Source of the DNA: Octopus sinensis
Taxonomy: Eukaryota
Direction: 5' to 3'
DNA: 64,000 nt
Assembly (NCBI RefSeq): GCF_006345805.1
Contig: NC_043024.1
Coordinates: 14,322,001-14,386,000 of the forward strand
The notes below the pieces were generated by a model. It saw nothing but the letters and a program-made list of their open reading frames with translations, was not told the origin of the DNA and did not search any database. Of the stretch, positions 36,658-49,590 are shown piece by piece. Every line of letters starts with the position of its first letter. Position 1 is the stretch's first letter. A program made the position numbers and the translations under genes.

Positions 36658-37735
36658 CCCTTTCGATACCAAACCGCCCGAAAAAAATTTTGGTTAATGT
36701 GACCAAACCGCCCAAAGCCGTCCGAATTTACCTATTCATATTTAAATGAGAATATCAGAGCAAATCTATTTAGTACATTCGTGAAAACACGTATTATACT
36801 TCGTAAACAGTTCAACTACAGTTTTGTACAAAAATCGAAGTGTAATTTTAATTCCGTGAATTTTGGGAGATTTTTTTCCGAAATTTGTTCCTAATGTGTT
36901 TTCAAAATTTGTAATTCTGACAAAAAAATGGATATGAATTTCATTATATCAAGCAGCGAGTCAGAATTCGAAGGATTTTCTACTGAAGACCTTCATAAAT
37001 CTAACTCTATGACTGAAAAAAAAAAGCACGTGGTATTTGATAATGAATCTGATGTTTCATTTTCCGAAAGTGAAAACAGTGAATCCGAGAGCTCCGACAG
37101 CGATAAAGAAAATGAATTGGCACCTGAATGGAGTGAAAATTTAAAAACTGTTTCTTTCGGTGATTTTTCTGAAGAAACTGCACCAAGCCACAGACTTTCC
37201 CAGAAGAGTAAAGCCTTAAACTATTTCTATTTACTTTTTCGAATGAGCCTATTTGAAATCATTACGGCGGAAACGAACCGTTACGCTAAATGTAAACAAA
37301 GCGAAAGAAAGGATAGTTAGTGGTTTCCCATAACCTTAAATGAAATTAAGACTATTTTGCCATAAATATTATTATGGGTATCAGAAAGTTACCCAGAATA
37401 ACAAATTCTATCGTAAAATTTTGTTGTATACCCAATTGAATATTAGCTAATAACCCATTTTCTATAGCGATGTTTGAACAAAATTTTAATAATTTTATAT
37501 TTTGTTGAATTTACCTGTATCTACCTGCAATTAGAGTCAGTTTGTGACAAAAATGATAGTATAGAATTGGTTGAGAACATTTCATTAAAATTATCTTCCA
37601 AAATTCACGTTAATATATTGATAAATAAAAAGGTTATAGTTGTTTAATGAAACCAGACTAAATTTATGATTACATTAGAAATTAATTGAAACACATAAGG
37701 GGTGTATTTTGGTCAGAAATATAGTAACGAAAGGG
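36658..37735 (+). mobile_element. internally deleted piggyBac-like element
   Basis: TTAA|CCCTTTCGATACC ... GTAACGAAAGGG|TTAA. ORF 36928-37320 is acidic/Ser-rich, then YFYLLF..LFEIITAETNRYA, typical of a piggyBac-type transposase N-terminus; stop follows. Confidence 0.85.
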
Positions 37736-37964
37736 TTAAACTAGTTGGTTGCATGTCTTTGGGGAAAATTGTGCTACATATCTGATTTCACGGAATCCAA
37801 CATATAGTAAGTAAGGTGACGAACTCGCAGACTCGTTAGTGCACCGGACGAAATGCAAAGCAGTATTTCGTCTGCCGTTACGTTCTGAGTTCAAATTCCA
37901 CCAAGGTCGACTTTGCCTTTCATCCTCTCGGGGTCGATAAATTAAGTACCAGTTACGCACTGGG

Positions 37965-38352
37965 GTCTCTTTTGCCGAACCGCTAAGTTACGGAGACGTA
38001 AACAAAACACGATCGGTTGTCAAGTGATGTTGGGGGGACAAACATATACACACACACACACACATATATATACACATATATATACACATACATAATAAAA
38101 TAGGGTAATAGTCTGTACGTCAGGATTATTAAGGCTGTCCCACTGAAGAAACTGGCCTTCAGTAAATATTTTTTTGCTGGAAATAGGTAGAAACCGTCGG
38201 TCTGAGATATAGTTGAGATGGTAAATGCTTTTAATTTTCATTCCTTTCGTGAATTTATCCCTTTTTTGTGTTCTAGCACAACGCTTTCTTGTTTGGAAGC
38301 CTCTTATTGTATTTCTATACATATACATATATATATGTATATATATATATGT

Positions 38353-38433
<81 letters not shown>

Positions 38434-38648
38434 ATACATATGTATGTATATATATATACACACACAAACACACACACATATATACAATGAGCTTCTTTCA
38501 GTTTCCATTTACCAAATCCACTCACAAGGCTTTGGTCGGCCCGAGGCTATAGTAGAAGACACTTGCCCAAGGTACCACGGAGTGGGACTGAACCCGGAAC
38601 CATGTGGTTGGTAAGCAAGCTACTTACCACACAGCCACTCCTACACCT
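37965..38648 (-). mobile_element. SINE-A split by a hammerhead-bearing insert
   Basis: Halves at 37965-38045 and 38486-38648; insert about 38090-38310. Confidence 0.78.
38136..38209 (+). ncRNA. type I hammerhead motif, C-like, intact core with GUC
   Basis: TGTCCCA-CTGAAGA-a ACT..hairpin..GGT a-GAAA-CC gtc GG-TC-TGAGATA; stem I 7 bp with 1 mismatch, stem III 3 bp. Confidence 0.72.
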
Positions 38649-38778
38649 ACATTAATTAATTTTACTAAAAACCTCGAGATCTATTTAACATATAATGATA
38701 AACAAATTGACTTAAATTGAAACTTTATTTCTTTATTGTTGCAATAAATTATTGTATACATTTTTTCTAAATCTCTAG

Positions 38779-38888
38779 GTGTGATCTTGGAGGAGATTGT
38801 GAATGTGTGTGTACAGCTATATCTAATTTCCATACAAAGTGTGCTATTTATGGATTCCCTGTACGATGGAGAAGACAGGATCTTTGCC
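38779..38888 (+). CDS. exon m (C8-3 second half)
   Basis: tctctAG| ... |GTaagt; phase 2 to 1. GCDLGGDCECVCTAISNFHTKCAIYGFPVRWRRQDLC, the D3-type CxCDxGGDCECxC signature. Confidence 0.95.
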
Positions 38889-40771
38889 GTAAGTTATAGC
38901 CAGACCTTTTCTGAAATCTTTATATCTAAAATGATTTGGATCATTTAGTGTTATTGCAAAGTTGTCTTTTTCAATTACTCTCTTTTACTCTTTTACTTGT
39001 TTCAGTCATTTGACTGTGGCCATGCTGGAGCACCGCCTTTAATCGAGCAGCTCGACCCCGGGACTTATTCTTTTGTAAGCCCAGTACTTATTTTATCGGT
39101 TTCTTTTGCCGAACAGCTAAGTAACGGGGACATAAACACACCAGCATCGGTTGTCAAGCAATGCCAGGGAGACAAACACAGACACACAAACACACACACG
39201 CATATACTCTTTACTCTTTTACTTGTTTCAGTCATTTGACTGCGGCCATGCTGGAGCACCGCCTTTAATCGAGCAACTCGACCCCGGGACTTATTCTTTT
39301 GTAAGCCCAGTACTTATTCTATCGGTCTCTTTTGCCGAACAGCTAAGTAACGGGGACATAAACATACCAGCATCGGTTGTCAAGCAATGCTAAGGGACAA
39401 ACACAGACACACAAACACACACACGCATATATATATATATACATATATACGACGGGCTTCTTTCAGTTTCCGTCTACAAAATCCACTCACAAGGCTTTGG
39501 TCAGCCCGAGGCTATAGTAGAAGACACTTGCCCAAGAAGACTGAACCCAGAACCATGTGGTTGGTAGACAAGCTACTTACCACACAGCCACACCTGCACC
39601 TATTGTATGTATTTACCTATAATACTCGTCATTTCAGCTAATGAATGAGTCCACCGTTGGTTTATGCTTTTCATCTTATTATTACTAAATATGTACTGGT
39701 TAAAAAAACAAATTTATAACAAAAATGTTATCCCCGAGAGATATTTAACCAACCACTTTACTCCATACTCATAATATACAAAAGGACTAAATGCACTCCC
39801 TTACATTCTATGTACTTCTTTCTTATTTCTTTATTGCCCACAAGGGTCTAAAAACAGAGGGGACAAACAAGGACAGACAAAGGGTTTAAGTCGGTTTACA
39901 TCGATCCCAGTACATAACTGGTACTTAATTTATCGACCCCAAAATGATGAAAGGCAAAGTCAACTTTGGCGGAATTTGAACTCAGAATGTAATGGTAGAT
40001 GAAATACCTATTTCTTTATTGCCCACAAGGGGCTAAACATAGAGGGGACTAACAAGGACAGACAAAGGTATTAAGTTGATTACATCAACCTTCAATGCGC
40101 AACTGGTACTTAATTTATCCACCCCGAAAGGATGAAAGACAAAGTCGACCTCGGCGGAATTTGAACTCACAACGTAACGACAGATGAAATACTGCTAAGC
40201 ATTTCGCCTAGTGTGCTAACGTTTCTGCCAGCTGAGTGGATGATGGCATTAAGAAACAAAGTGTCTTGCTTAAGTACTCAATGCACTGATGGGATTGAAT
40301 TCACCTTAAGATTAGGAGCCTAAAACCATAATTACTAATCCATGCATGTTCACAGTGTGTGGGTGTGGGGTGAATTTTCATTGAGTGTAATTTAAGTTTT
40401 TCTTAAGAGAGTTCAAGCCAGTTGCTAAAAAAGTGATGAGACTTTCTGAGTTGAGAGAGTTCCTGGTCTTTGTAAATATGTGGTTGAGTTTATGCGTTGG
40501 TATGTATGTATGTATGTATGCATGTATGTGGACAAATATATGTATATCTTTTACTGATGCACATCTGCAAAAGATGTAAACATTAAAAAGAAAACCAAAA
40601 AGCCAGGAGAGGCTGTGTGGTAAGTAGCTTGCTTACTAACCACATGGTTCTGGGTTCAGTCCCACTGCATGGCACCTTGGGCAAGTGTCTTCTACTATAG
40701 CCTCGGGCCGACCAAAGCCTTGTGAGTGGATTTGGTAGACGGAAACTGAAAGAAGCCTGTCGTATATATGC

Positions 40772-40814
<43 letters not shown>

Positions 40815-41200
40815 TGTTTGTCCCCCCAACATCGCTTGACAACCGATGCTGGTGTGTCTACGTCCCCGTAACTTAGTGGTTCGGCAAAAGACACCAATAG
40901 AATAAGTACTAGGCATACAAAGAATAAGTCCTGGGGTTGATTTGATTCGACTAAAGGCGGTGCTCCAACATGGCCGCAGTCAAATGACTGAAACAAGTAA
41001 AAGAATGTGGTATTTAGTTTGCACTGAACTGCATGGATAATTCCTTGTAACTCGCTATCAGATGATGCAGGTACCCAGTGATTAATCCATTGGAAACTTG
41101 TAACCTATGAAATCATTGTCTACCAAATGTGATATAAAATAATTACATTATTTACATTATTTACATTCGATGGATATTTGTCCTCATCTTGTTTGTTATT

Positions 41201-41246
41201 AACACAACATTTCGGCTGATATACCCTCCATCCTTCATCAGGTTTC
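41201..41246 (-). ncRNA. minimal hammerhead motif, family A
   Basis: Minus strand GAAAC-CTGATGA-A-GGATG..CAGCC-GAAA-TG-TT-GTGTT; one mismatch each in stems I and II. Confidence 0.62.
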
Positions 41247-41872
41247 TTGAGGAAATTTCGAACCTGGGTTCTCATTCCTAAGGTATTTTTCGATGTTGTC
41301 ATCATCATTATTATTATTATTATTGAGTGAGAGAGCAGTGCATGCCATCAAAGTGACACTGGGTTAAAATATACGAAGCCCAGTATACCCATCATGACTA
41401 CCCGTCTGATAAGGGTACACTAGGCACATGCATCACAACCATATGTGCACGACATGGTGATCTCATATCAAAATAAACAGCACATGACCTTGCAGGTGGG
41501 GGCCCAGTTAGAATTTTCTTCAGGTTGAGTAGCCCATACCACTCAACAGGTCCCTGAATAAGGGTTGTTTAAGGATGTTGAATGAAACACCCATGTTTCC
41601 AGAGGTGAATTATTCAAACCCCAAAGAATCCCTCTCAACACATGGCTATGATGCTCCCCCACTACTTCTGCTCTTGATCAGAGATGTACATATCTTCAAC
41701 CACTAAGGGACATGGTCAACTGGTTAAGGTCAAACAACTGACAAGCAAATCTGTGGTTTTGAGCAGAATATTTGCTGTAGCCCATCTTTTATACCAAGAC
41801 AAAACAATGTACATGATAACACTTCCAATCAGTTGAGATCAGAAGCCATGAGAGCCTCTGCCTGGTACTGCA

Positions 41873-41916
<44 letters not shown>

Positions 41917-41944
41917 GTAGTAGTAGTATAGTAGTAGTAGTAGT

Positions 41945-41985
<41 letters not shown>

Positions 41986-42192
41986 TAGTAGTAGTATTTT
42001 TATTATTATTGTTCAGGAATCGAACTTGGAATCTTGGGGTTAGTAGCCCGTGCTCTTAACCCCAAGATTCCAAGTTCGATTCCAAGCAGTGACCTGAACA
42101 ATAACTATAATAATAATAATAATAATAACAGTAATAATAATAATACCGAAAAATACCTTAGGAATGAGAACCCAGGTTTGAAATTTCCCCAA

Positions 42193-42238
42193 GACACCTG
42201 AAGAAGGCTGGAGGGTATATCAGCTGAAACATTGTGTT
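42193..42238 (+). ncRNA. minimal hammerhead motif, family A
   Basis: GACAC-CTGAAGA-A-GGCTG gagggtatat CAGCT-GAAA-CA-TT-GTGTT; 5-bp stems I and II, intact core. Confidence 0.68.
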
Positions 42239-42370
42239 AACAACAAACAAGATGAGGACAAATATCTATCGAATGTAAATAATATAAATAATGTACATAA
42301 TTCCTCATCTCTTAAATACAGAATGGAATAAAATACTTAAATGATATTTAACTTTTTTTTTGTTATTCAG

Positions 42371-42520
42371 CAATCCAATGTGAATATAAGATGGTTTACC
42401 TTGAATGTGGACCTGCTAATCCACCAACATGTTATGATGATAAATCTGCGGAATTATTTGCTGATTCTCCATCATATTGCGTTGAAGGATGTTTTTGTCC
42501 ACCTGGGCTTCTTCTTGATG
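42371..42520 (+). CDS. exon n (TIL3)
   Basis: ttattcAG| ... |GTaaaa; phase 1 to 1. PIQCEYKMVYLECGPANPPTCYDD...YCVEGCFCPPGLLLD. Confidence 0.94.
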
Positions 42521-42589
42521 GTAAAATAATTATATTCAGTTCTTGTGAATTTTATTTTGATTTAATTAAGTTAGTGTTTAACTCTTTAG

Positions 42590-43389
42590 CATTCATTGTC
42601 ATCTTCAACAACTTGGAAAGTTTCCTAAACTTGGAAAATGGGTGCCTCATGAATTTTCCGAAAGCAACAGCAAATCCCGAGTTGACATCTGCTCTTCTCT
42701 CCATTCTTGCGAACTCATTTCACCCTTTTTGGATAGACTTGAGACTGGTGACGAAAAATGGATCTTCTATCGAAATGTTAAACGTCGTAAACAGTGGCTT
42801 GGTAAAAGGGAAAAAGTTCAACCAGAACTGAGAAGGGAACTTCATGGGAAAAAGGTTCTTTTCTCTATCTGGTGGGATTGCAAAGGAGTAATTCACTTTG
42901 AATTGTTACCACCTAATCAATGCTCAAGTCTTCTGTCAGCAATTAGAGCGTTTGAACCAAGCTTTGAAGGAAAAAAGACCTACTTTAATGAATCAAAAAG
43001 AAGTGATGTTTCATCAGGACAATGTGTGACCCCACACTGCAAAGATCACATCAGAGAAGATCGAAGAACTTGGTTAGGAAAAACTTCCTCATCCACCTTA
43101 TTCTCCCGATCTCGCTCCTTCAGACTACCATTTGTTTCGTAATTTATAAAATCATTTGGGGGACATAACTTTCGCAAGCCAGGAGGAGGTCGAAACTGAC
43201 ATTTCAGAGTTCTTTGCTTTAAAACCAAAAGAGATTTACATTGATGGGATTAAAAAGCTTGTAAATAGATGGAAGGAAGTCATAGATAAACAGGGAAAGT
43301 ACACTGATGATTAAATTTCAATTAAAAATAACATTTGATCACTTGATTTCTTTATTCAAAATTCGGACAGAACTTATGGGATGACCTGA
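42590..43389 (+). mobile_element. mariner transposase pseudogene, 3' two-thirds plus right TIR
   Basis: WVPHE, TGDEKW, FHQDN, PPYSPDLAPSDYHLF motifs with stops and frameshifts; ends GGGATGACCTGA|TA. Confidence 0.88.
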
Positions 43390-43869
43390 TAGAAACAAAC
43401 AATTATATCATTGAAATCTCAAAGTTACCAGGTAATAAATGATTAATTCAGAACAGCATAAATGAATAAGCATTGCATTTGACAGAATAATCTGTATGCT
43501 AAAGGGTAAAAGTAATTTATGTTTGGTTGAAAAATTTATTTATATATTTTTATAAGCAAGATAGAATAATACATTTGCATTTTAAATACAGGTATATATT
43601 AGACGAGCGAAATGTCCCCCATCCAATGGACTGTGTTGAATCATATATGCTGAATAAAAAGCAATCAGTGTTTTCTTTTCATTAAAAAATAATTAAGCAT
43701 GCCTTTATTTCAATAAAATTTTAGGTTTTGTTAAATGAAGTTAAGGCCAAAAAAAAAATCTTGAGAAGCCAAATAGTCTTTCCTTCCTTCATGCCAAGTT
43801 TGAAGAAAATATCTCTTTTGCATCTTACTTTTGTGGTCTCTTAATTATACTGCACTTTGTGGCATTATT

Positions 43870-44128
43870 TCAAGCTGGCCGGCTTTTTTTGTGCAAACTG
43901 CAAGTGCATTTTTCTCAGGTACACATAGTATCGATCACAACAGCCCATTCCCACGGCTTTATCAATCACATTCTCACCTGGAATTGATTTTTGTAATTTT
44001 TTCAAGACTTGTACACACCCTGATACCGTCGGTATCTGCATATCAAATTTGAGCGCAATCGGAAGGAGGATGCCCAAGATCCAAGAAGATACACACACAG
44101 ACAGACAGAACAGATTTTATATAATAGA
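43870..44128 (-). mobile_element. Helitron-like 5' fragment
   Basis: Minus strand A|TCTATTATATAAAATCTGTTCTGTCTG(TG)n; no 3' CTAG found, left boundary uncertain. Confidence 0.55.
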
Positions 44129-44329
44129 TATTACAATGGAATAGGTTTAAAAGCTGTAAAACTGATTTAGCAAAAATCCTGTCGCCTTAAGTTACTCAAG
44201 AATTTGTATCCATATAGACGACATGAAGCAAGTTAACTAATGAATCCCATATTTATTAATTTATGTTCATGGAAGAATATCAGATCAAACCTACTGGAGT
44301 ACTTTTCCCCGTTAATGGTGGCAAGCTGT

Positions 44330-44895
44330 ATTGATTCACTCTGTTGTAGGTTGAGTCGCAAAATTCAGAAGTGATGATTTCAGCCTTGAAGATGAAGATC
44401 AAACAGGATGTCGAGTTGAGTTTGATGATAAGTTCCTTGAGGCATTACATGAAGAAAATCCTGCATTATCAGTTGAAGAATTGGCAATAAAGATTAGTTC
44501 AAAGTATACAACTGTTCATTGTCATCTTCAACAACTTGGAAAGGTTCCTAAACTTGGAAAATGGGTGCCTCATGAATTGTTCAAAAGCAGCGGCAAATCC
44601 AGAGATGACATCTACTCTTCTCTCCATTCTCACAAACTCATTTCACCCTTTTTGGATAGACTTGTGACTGGTGACAAAAAATGGATCTTCTGTCGAAATG
44701 TTAAACGTCGTAAATAGTGGCTTGGTAAAAGGGAAAAAAGCTCAACCACAACCGAGAAGGGAACTTCATAGAAAAAAGGTTCTTCTCTCTATTTGGTTCT
44801 TAAACTTGGAAAATGTGTACCTCACGAATTCTCTGAAAGCAACCACAAATCCCGAGTTGACATCTGCTCTTCTCTCCATTCTCGCAAAATTGTTA
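44330..44895 (+). mobile_element. mariner transposase fragment (N-terminal HTH to DDE start) of the same family
   Basis: ...EENPALSVEELA...GKWVPHEL...VTGDKKW..., then restarts at CTAAACTTGGAAAATG. Confidence 0.8.
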
Positions 44896-45019
44896 ACTCC
44901 TCAATCTGTCTCAAAAACGTATCTTTTTAGTAAATTCTTTATGGCTAACAAATGAATTTCATCAGAAAAGCATAACATCTTAGAGTATTGTTTTATATAA
45001 AGTATTTCTTTCGATATAG

Positions 45020-45116
45020 GAGGAAGATGTGTTACCAGGGATGAATGTCCATGTCACGTTGATGGAAAGATCTTTTCTCCTGGATCGATTATTTTGAAAA
45101 AGAATTGTATGAATTG
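45020..45116 (+). CDS. exon o (TIL3 end, E3 start)
   Basis: gatatAG| ... |GTaacg; phase 1 to 2. GGRCVTRDECPCHVDGKIFSPGSIILKKNCMN. Confidence 0.92.
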
Positions 45117-45323
45117 GTAACGTATTACAAATTATTTACCATTTCATTTTTTTAAATCACCTCCACCATACTATGGTTTCTGAAATTATTAAATAAACAA
45201 ACAATAGTTTTGATTGGGAAAAATAATTCAGTTTCACAATTTCAGGGACCTCCATATGTTTCTCTTCTGGAGATTGTTGCAAGATGTTTATTAGTTTGGT
45301 GCTATACGAATGGTATATTCATA

Positions 45324-45554
45324 AGGCGGCGAGCTGGCAGAAACGTTAGCACGCCGGGCGAAATGCTTAGCGATATTTCGTCTGCATTACATTGTGAGTT
45401 CAAATTCCGCCGAGGTCGACTTTGCCTTTCATCCTTTCGGGGTCGATAAATTAAGTACCAGTTACGCACTGGGGTCGATGTAATCGACTTAATACCTATG
45501 TCTGTCCTTGTTTGTCCCCTCTGTGTTTAGCCCCTTGTGGGTAATAAAGAAATA
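45324..45554 (+). mobile_element. SINE-B (about 230 bp, tRNA-like head, MetaSINE-like core)
   Basis: 12-bp TSD GGTATATTCATA; core GACTTTGCCTTTCATCCTTTCGGGGTCGATAAATTAAGTACCAG. Other copies about 12465-12685, 15293-15860, 27620-27760, 29798-30006, 32150-32340, 37815-37965, 39825-40235. Confidence 0.88.
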
Positions 45555-46669
45555 GGTATATTCATAGACATCTTTATTAGGGAACACAGAACCTAGCAGA
45601 CCATCTTGGACCGAGGGGAACTCAGCCCTTGCTTTCCCTGCAAGCTTGTCTATCGCTTATTCTATATTCTAAGGTAAAAAAAATAAGTCAACACTGGAAC
45701 TGCTGCATGGATACTCATCCTTTAAATAATACTCTTTTACTCTTTTGTTTCAATCATTTGACTGTGGCCATGCTGGAGCACCGCCTTTAGTTGAACGAAT
45801 TGACCCCAGGACTTATTCTTTGTAAGCCTAGTAATTATTCTATCGGTCTCTTTTGCCGAACCGCTAAGTTACGGGGACATAAACACACCACCATCGGTTG
45901 TCAAGTGATGTTGGGGAGACAAACACAGACAGACAAACATATACACACATGTACATATATATATATATTGGCCTGCACGCTTTGCCAGAGGGGTGGCGTC
46001 ATTTGAAGGCTAAAACAATGCGAAGCTCATTGTGACTAGCGATGTGTAACAACATCTGATAACCTGGTCGGTCACGGTGATCATGGTAATATAGATATAT
46101 ATATATATATGACAGGCTTCTTTTCAGTTTCCGTCTACCAAATCCACTCACAAGGCTTTGGTTGGCCCGAGGCTACAGTAGAAGACACTTACCCGAGGTG
46201 CCACGCAGTGGGACTGAACCCAGAACCATGTGGTTGGTAAGAAAGCTACTTACCACAATACAATAAACATTTAGTCTTGCAGTGATGGAATGCACTGGTT
46301 AAATTTCTTGTAAGGAAAAAAGCATTAAATCAGCAACTGAAATCAAATTTATTTTATTTAACTCTATTGAAAATTATCATTAGACTAGCTCAAGGTGACC
46401 CGCTCTATGCATGGGTGTGGTTGTGGTTGTTACTTTCTGTAGCTTCCTTTCTGTTTCTTATTGGCCACATTCTCCCTCTTTGTTATTCTCTCCTTTCTCT
46501 CTCACTTTCCCACTCTCCCTTTCTCTCGGACTCTCCCTCGCTCTCTCTTACTTTCTATCTTTCTCTATCTATCTCTTTCCCATTTACAAAAAATTAGATT
46601 TCTGCACTTAAATTACTAATCCGCTTCCACTTTACCAAGTTGAAAATTGGGCAAAATGTGTCCAATCTT

Positions 46670-47636
46670 AAAATAACTTAGCGGTTTGCCAATCAAGATC
46701 AATAAAAGAACTTAACGGTTCACCAAAGGAGCCTGACAAAATAACTTAGTGGTTCGTCAAAGGATATCGATAAAATAACTTAGCGGTTTGCCAATCAAGA
46801 TCAATAAAATAACTTAGCGGTTCGCCAAAGGACATCGATAAAATAATCTAGTGGGTCACCAAATGTGATCGATAAAACAACGCAGCAATTTGCCAAAGAA
46901 AATCTATAAAATAAGTTAGCGGCTCGACAAAGGAGATCGATAAAATAACTTAGCGTTTCGCCAAACGTGAACGAAAGATAACATAGCGGTTCGCCAAACG
47001 TGATCGAGAAAATAACTTAGTGGATCGCCAAACGAGATCAATAAAATAACATAGCGGTTCGCCAAAGCATATCGATAAAATGACCTAGCAGTCCGCCAAA
47101 GAGTATCGATAAAAATAACCCAGTGGTTCAAGAAAAGATATCGATAAAATAACTTAGCAGTTCCCCAAACTTGATCGATAAAATAACCTAGCGTTTCGCC
47201 AAAGGATATCGATAAAATAACTTAGCGTTTAGCCATAGGAGTTCAATAAAATAACATAGCGGTTCGCCAAAGAAGATCGATAAAATAACATAGCAGTTCG
47301 CCAACATGTTCGATAAAATAACCTAGCGGTTCTCCAAAGAATATTGATAAAATGACCTAGCGGTTCGCCAAATGTTACCAGTAAAATAACTTAGCGAGTC
47401 GCCAAAGAATATCGATAAAATAACTTAGCAGTTCGCAAAAGGAGGTCGATAAAATAACTTAGCAGTTTGCCAAATGTGATCGAAAAATAACTTAGCAGTT
47501 TGCCAAACAAAATCGATAAAATAAATTTGCGGTTCGCCAATCGTGATCAATAAAATAACTTAGCGGTTGCCAAAGTAGATTAATAGAATAACTTAGTGGT
47601 TCGCCAATCAATAGCGATAAAATAACTTAGCGGTTC
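46670..47636 (+). repeat. 34-bp minisatellite, about 28 units
   Basis: Consensus TAACTTAGCGGTTCGCCAAAGGATATCGATAAAA. Confidence 0.95.
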
Positions 47637-48324
47637 TCTTGGACTCTCCCTCGCTTTCTCTTACTCTCTCTCTCTCTCTCATTATAAAAAATTAGATTTC
47701 CGCCCTTAAATTACAAATCCGCATCCTCTTTACCATGTTGAAAATTAGATTGACATCGAGCAAAAGGTGTCCGATCTAGAAACCCAAGAGTCCCTAAAAA
47801 TCAAAATGTCTTCCAATCAATTTCTCACCTCAAGTTACCCCCTCCTGCAAAATTTTAATCCCCTTCCAGCCCCATTTAGACCCCCTCTTACATAAAAATC
47901 CAATTTGTATCAACGTTCGCCTTCATTTTATAGATTAGACATATATACCTGGCCTTGCTCAGGATTAAAATAGTTTATTATTGTTTTACTTGTTCCAGTA
48001 TTATAATCCAATTTCATTCAGGTCACGCGGGCCACATTTTAAAAGATGAGGACGTTTACCCTAGTGGCCATGCATTTCAATTGAGCAAACTCGAAGTTGC
48101 CATGCAAACTCACTAACAATTTTAACATAGGGGTGAATATTTTCAGCTCAATCCGACCACATAGGCACACACACACACATTAAATATGTACATATATACG
48201 CATTATATATACATATCTACACACACATAAATTTATATACTCACATATATAGAAATATATACACTATATATATACATATATATATTTATGTATACATATA
48301 TATATATATATATTATATAGAAGG

Positions 48325-48375
48325 AGCTTCTACAGGACTAGAACTGTTTCATTCAAGAGAAATCATCAGGAAGCT
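48325..48375 (-). ncRNA. type I hammerhead motif, family D, complete stem III
   Basis: Minus strand AGCTTC-CTGATGA-t TTC tctt GAA t-GAAA-CAG ttctagtc CTG-TA-GAAGCT; 6-bp stem I, 4-bp stem III, GUA site; weak non-canonical stem II. Confidence 0.72.
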
Positions 48376-48615
48376 AGTTAACAAGAATTGTATTGGCATT
48401 TATACATTTAGGCAGGTGGTGGGGGACTTTTTTTAGGGGTGGTGGTGGGGGACTTTTTTGGGGGTAGGCATAGCGCAAGAATATCATACTTGGGGGAGTG
48501 GTCAAGGAGTCAGTGGTAAATTAGATAAAAGAATAAATAAAAGAATAAAAAAATATCTAGAAGAATAGAGTTTTAGGTAAATAAGGAGATTCTCACTTAT
48601 ACATATACACATATG

Positions 48616-48647
<32 letters not shown>

Positions 48648-48851
48648 TATACATACACACATACATACACACACACACCTATATATATACATATATATAT
48701 ACACATATATATATACACATATATATATATATATTTATATATATACATATATATGCATATATATATACACACACACATGTATATATACACACACGACCAC
48801 ACATACATATACACACAAAAATATATACATATACACACATACACATACAAA

Positions 48852-48884
<33 letters not shown>

Positions 48885-48903
48885 GTGTGTATATATATAT
48901 ATT

Positions 48904-48934
<31 letters not shown>

Positions 48935-49326
48935 ATATGTGTATGTGTATAGATATATATATATATATAAGTGTACGCGAGTATGTCGATGTATATGTAG
49001 GTATGTAGAGTTATGTGTATGTGCATGTATGTGTGTGTATATACAGATTGTAGATGGGTATATATATATGTATATATATATATATATATATGTATATGTG
49101 TGTGTGTATATATATGTATGTATATGTAGGTATGTAGAGTTATAAGTATGTGCATGTGTATGTATATGTATATATATATATATGTATGTGTATGTGTATG
49201 TATGTATATATATGTGTGTGTGTGAGTATGTGTGTATATGTATGTATATAGGTATATATGTGTGTACGTGTATGTGTGGGTATATATATATATATATATA
49301 TATATATGTGAATATGTGTGTGTATA

Positions 49327-49365
<39 letters not shown>

Positions 49366-49541
49366 AAGTGTGTGTATATATGTATGTGTAAGTGTGTGTG
49401 TGTATGAGTATGTATGTATGTATGCACACATGTGATATATGTATATATATATATATATATATGTATATGTGTGTATGTATATGTATGTGTGTGTGTATAT
49501 ATATATGTGTGTGTGTGTATGTGTGTATATGTATATGTATG

Positions 49542-49590
<49 letters not shown>

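Noticed and set aside
43592-43690. TIL-like pseudo-exon (YILDERNVPHPMDCVE)
   Set aside because: Stop codon in the required phase; 45020-45116 completes TIL3 correctly
46670-47636. CRISPR array (constant repeat + variable spacer appearance)
   Set aside because: Variable part is only about 7 nt, the context is a eukaryotic intron, there are no cas genes, and the unit derives from a local SINE
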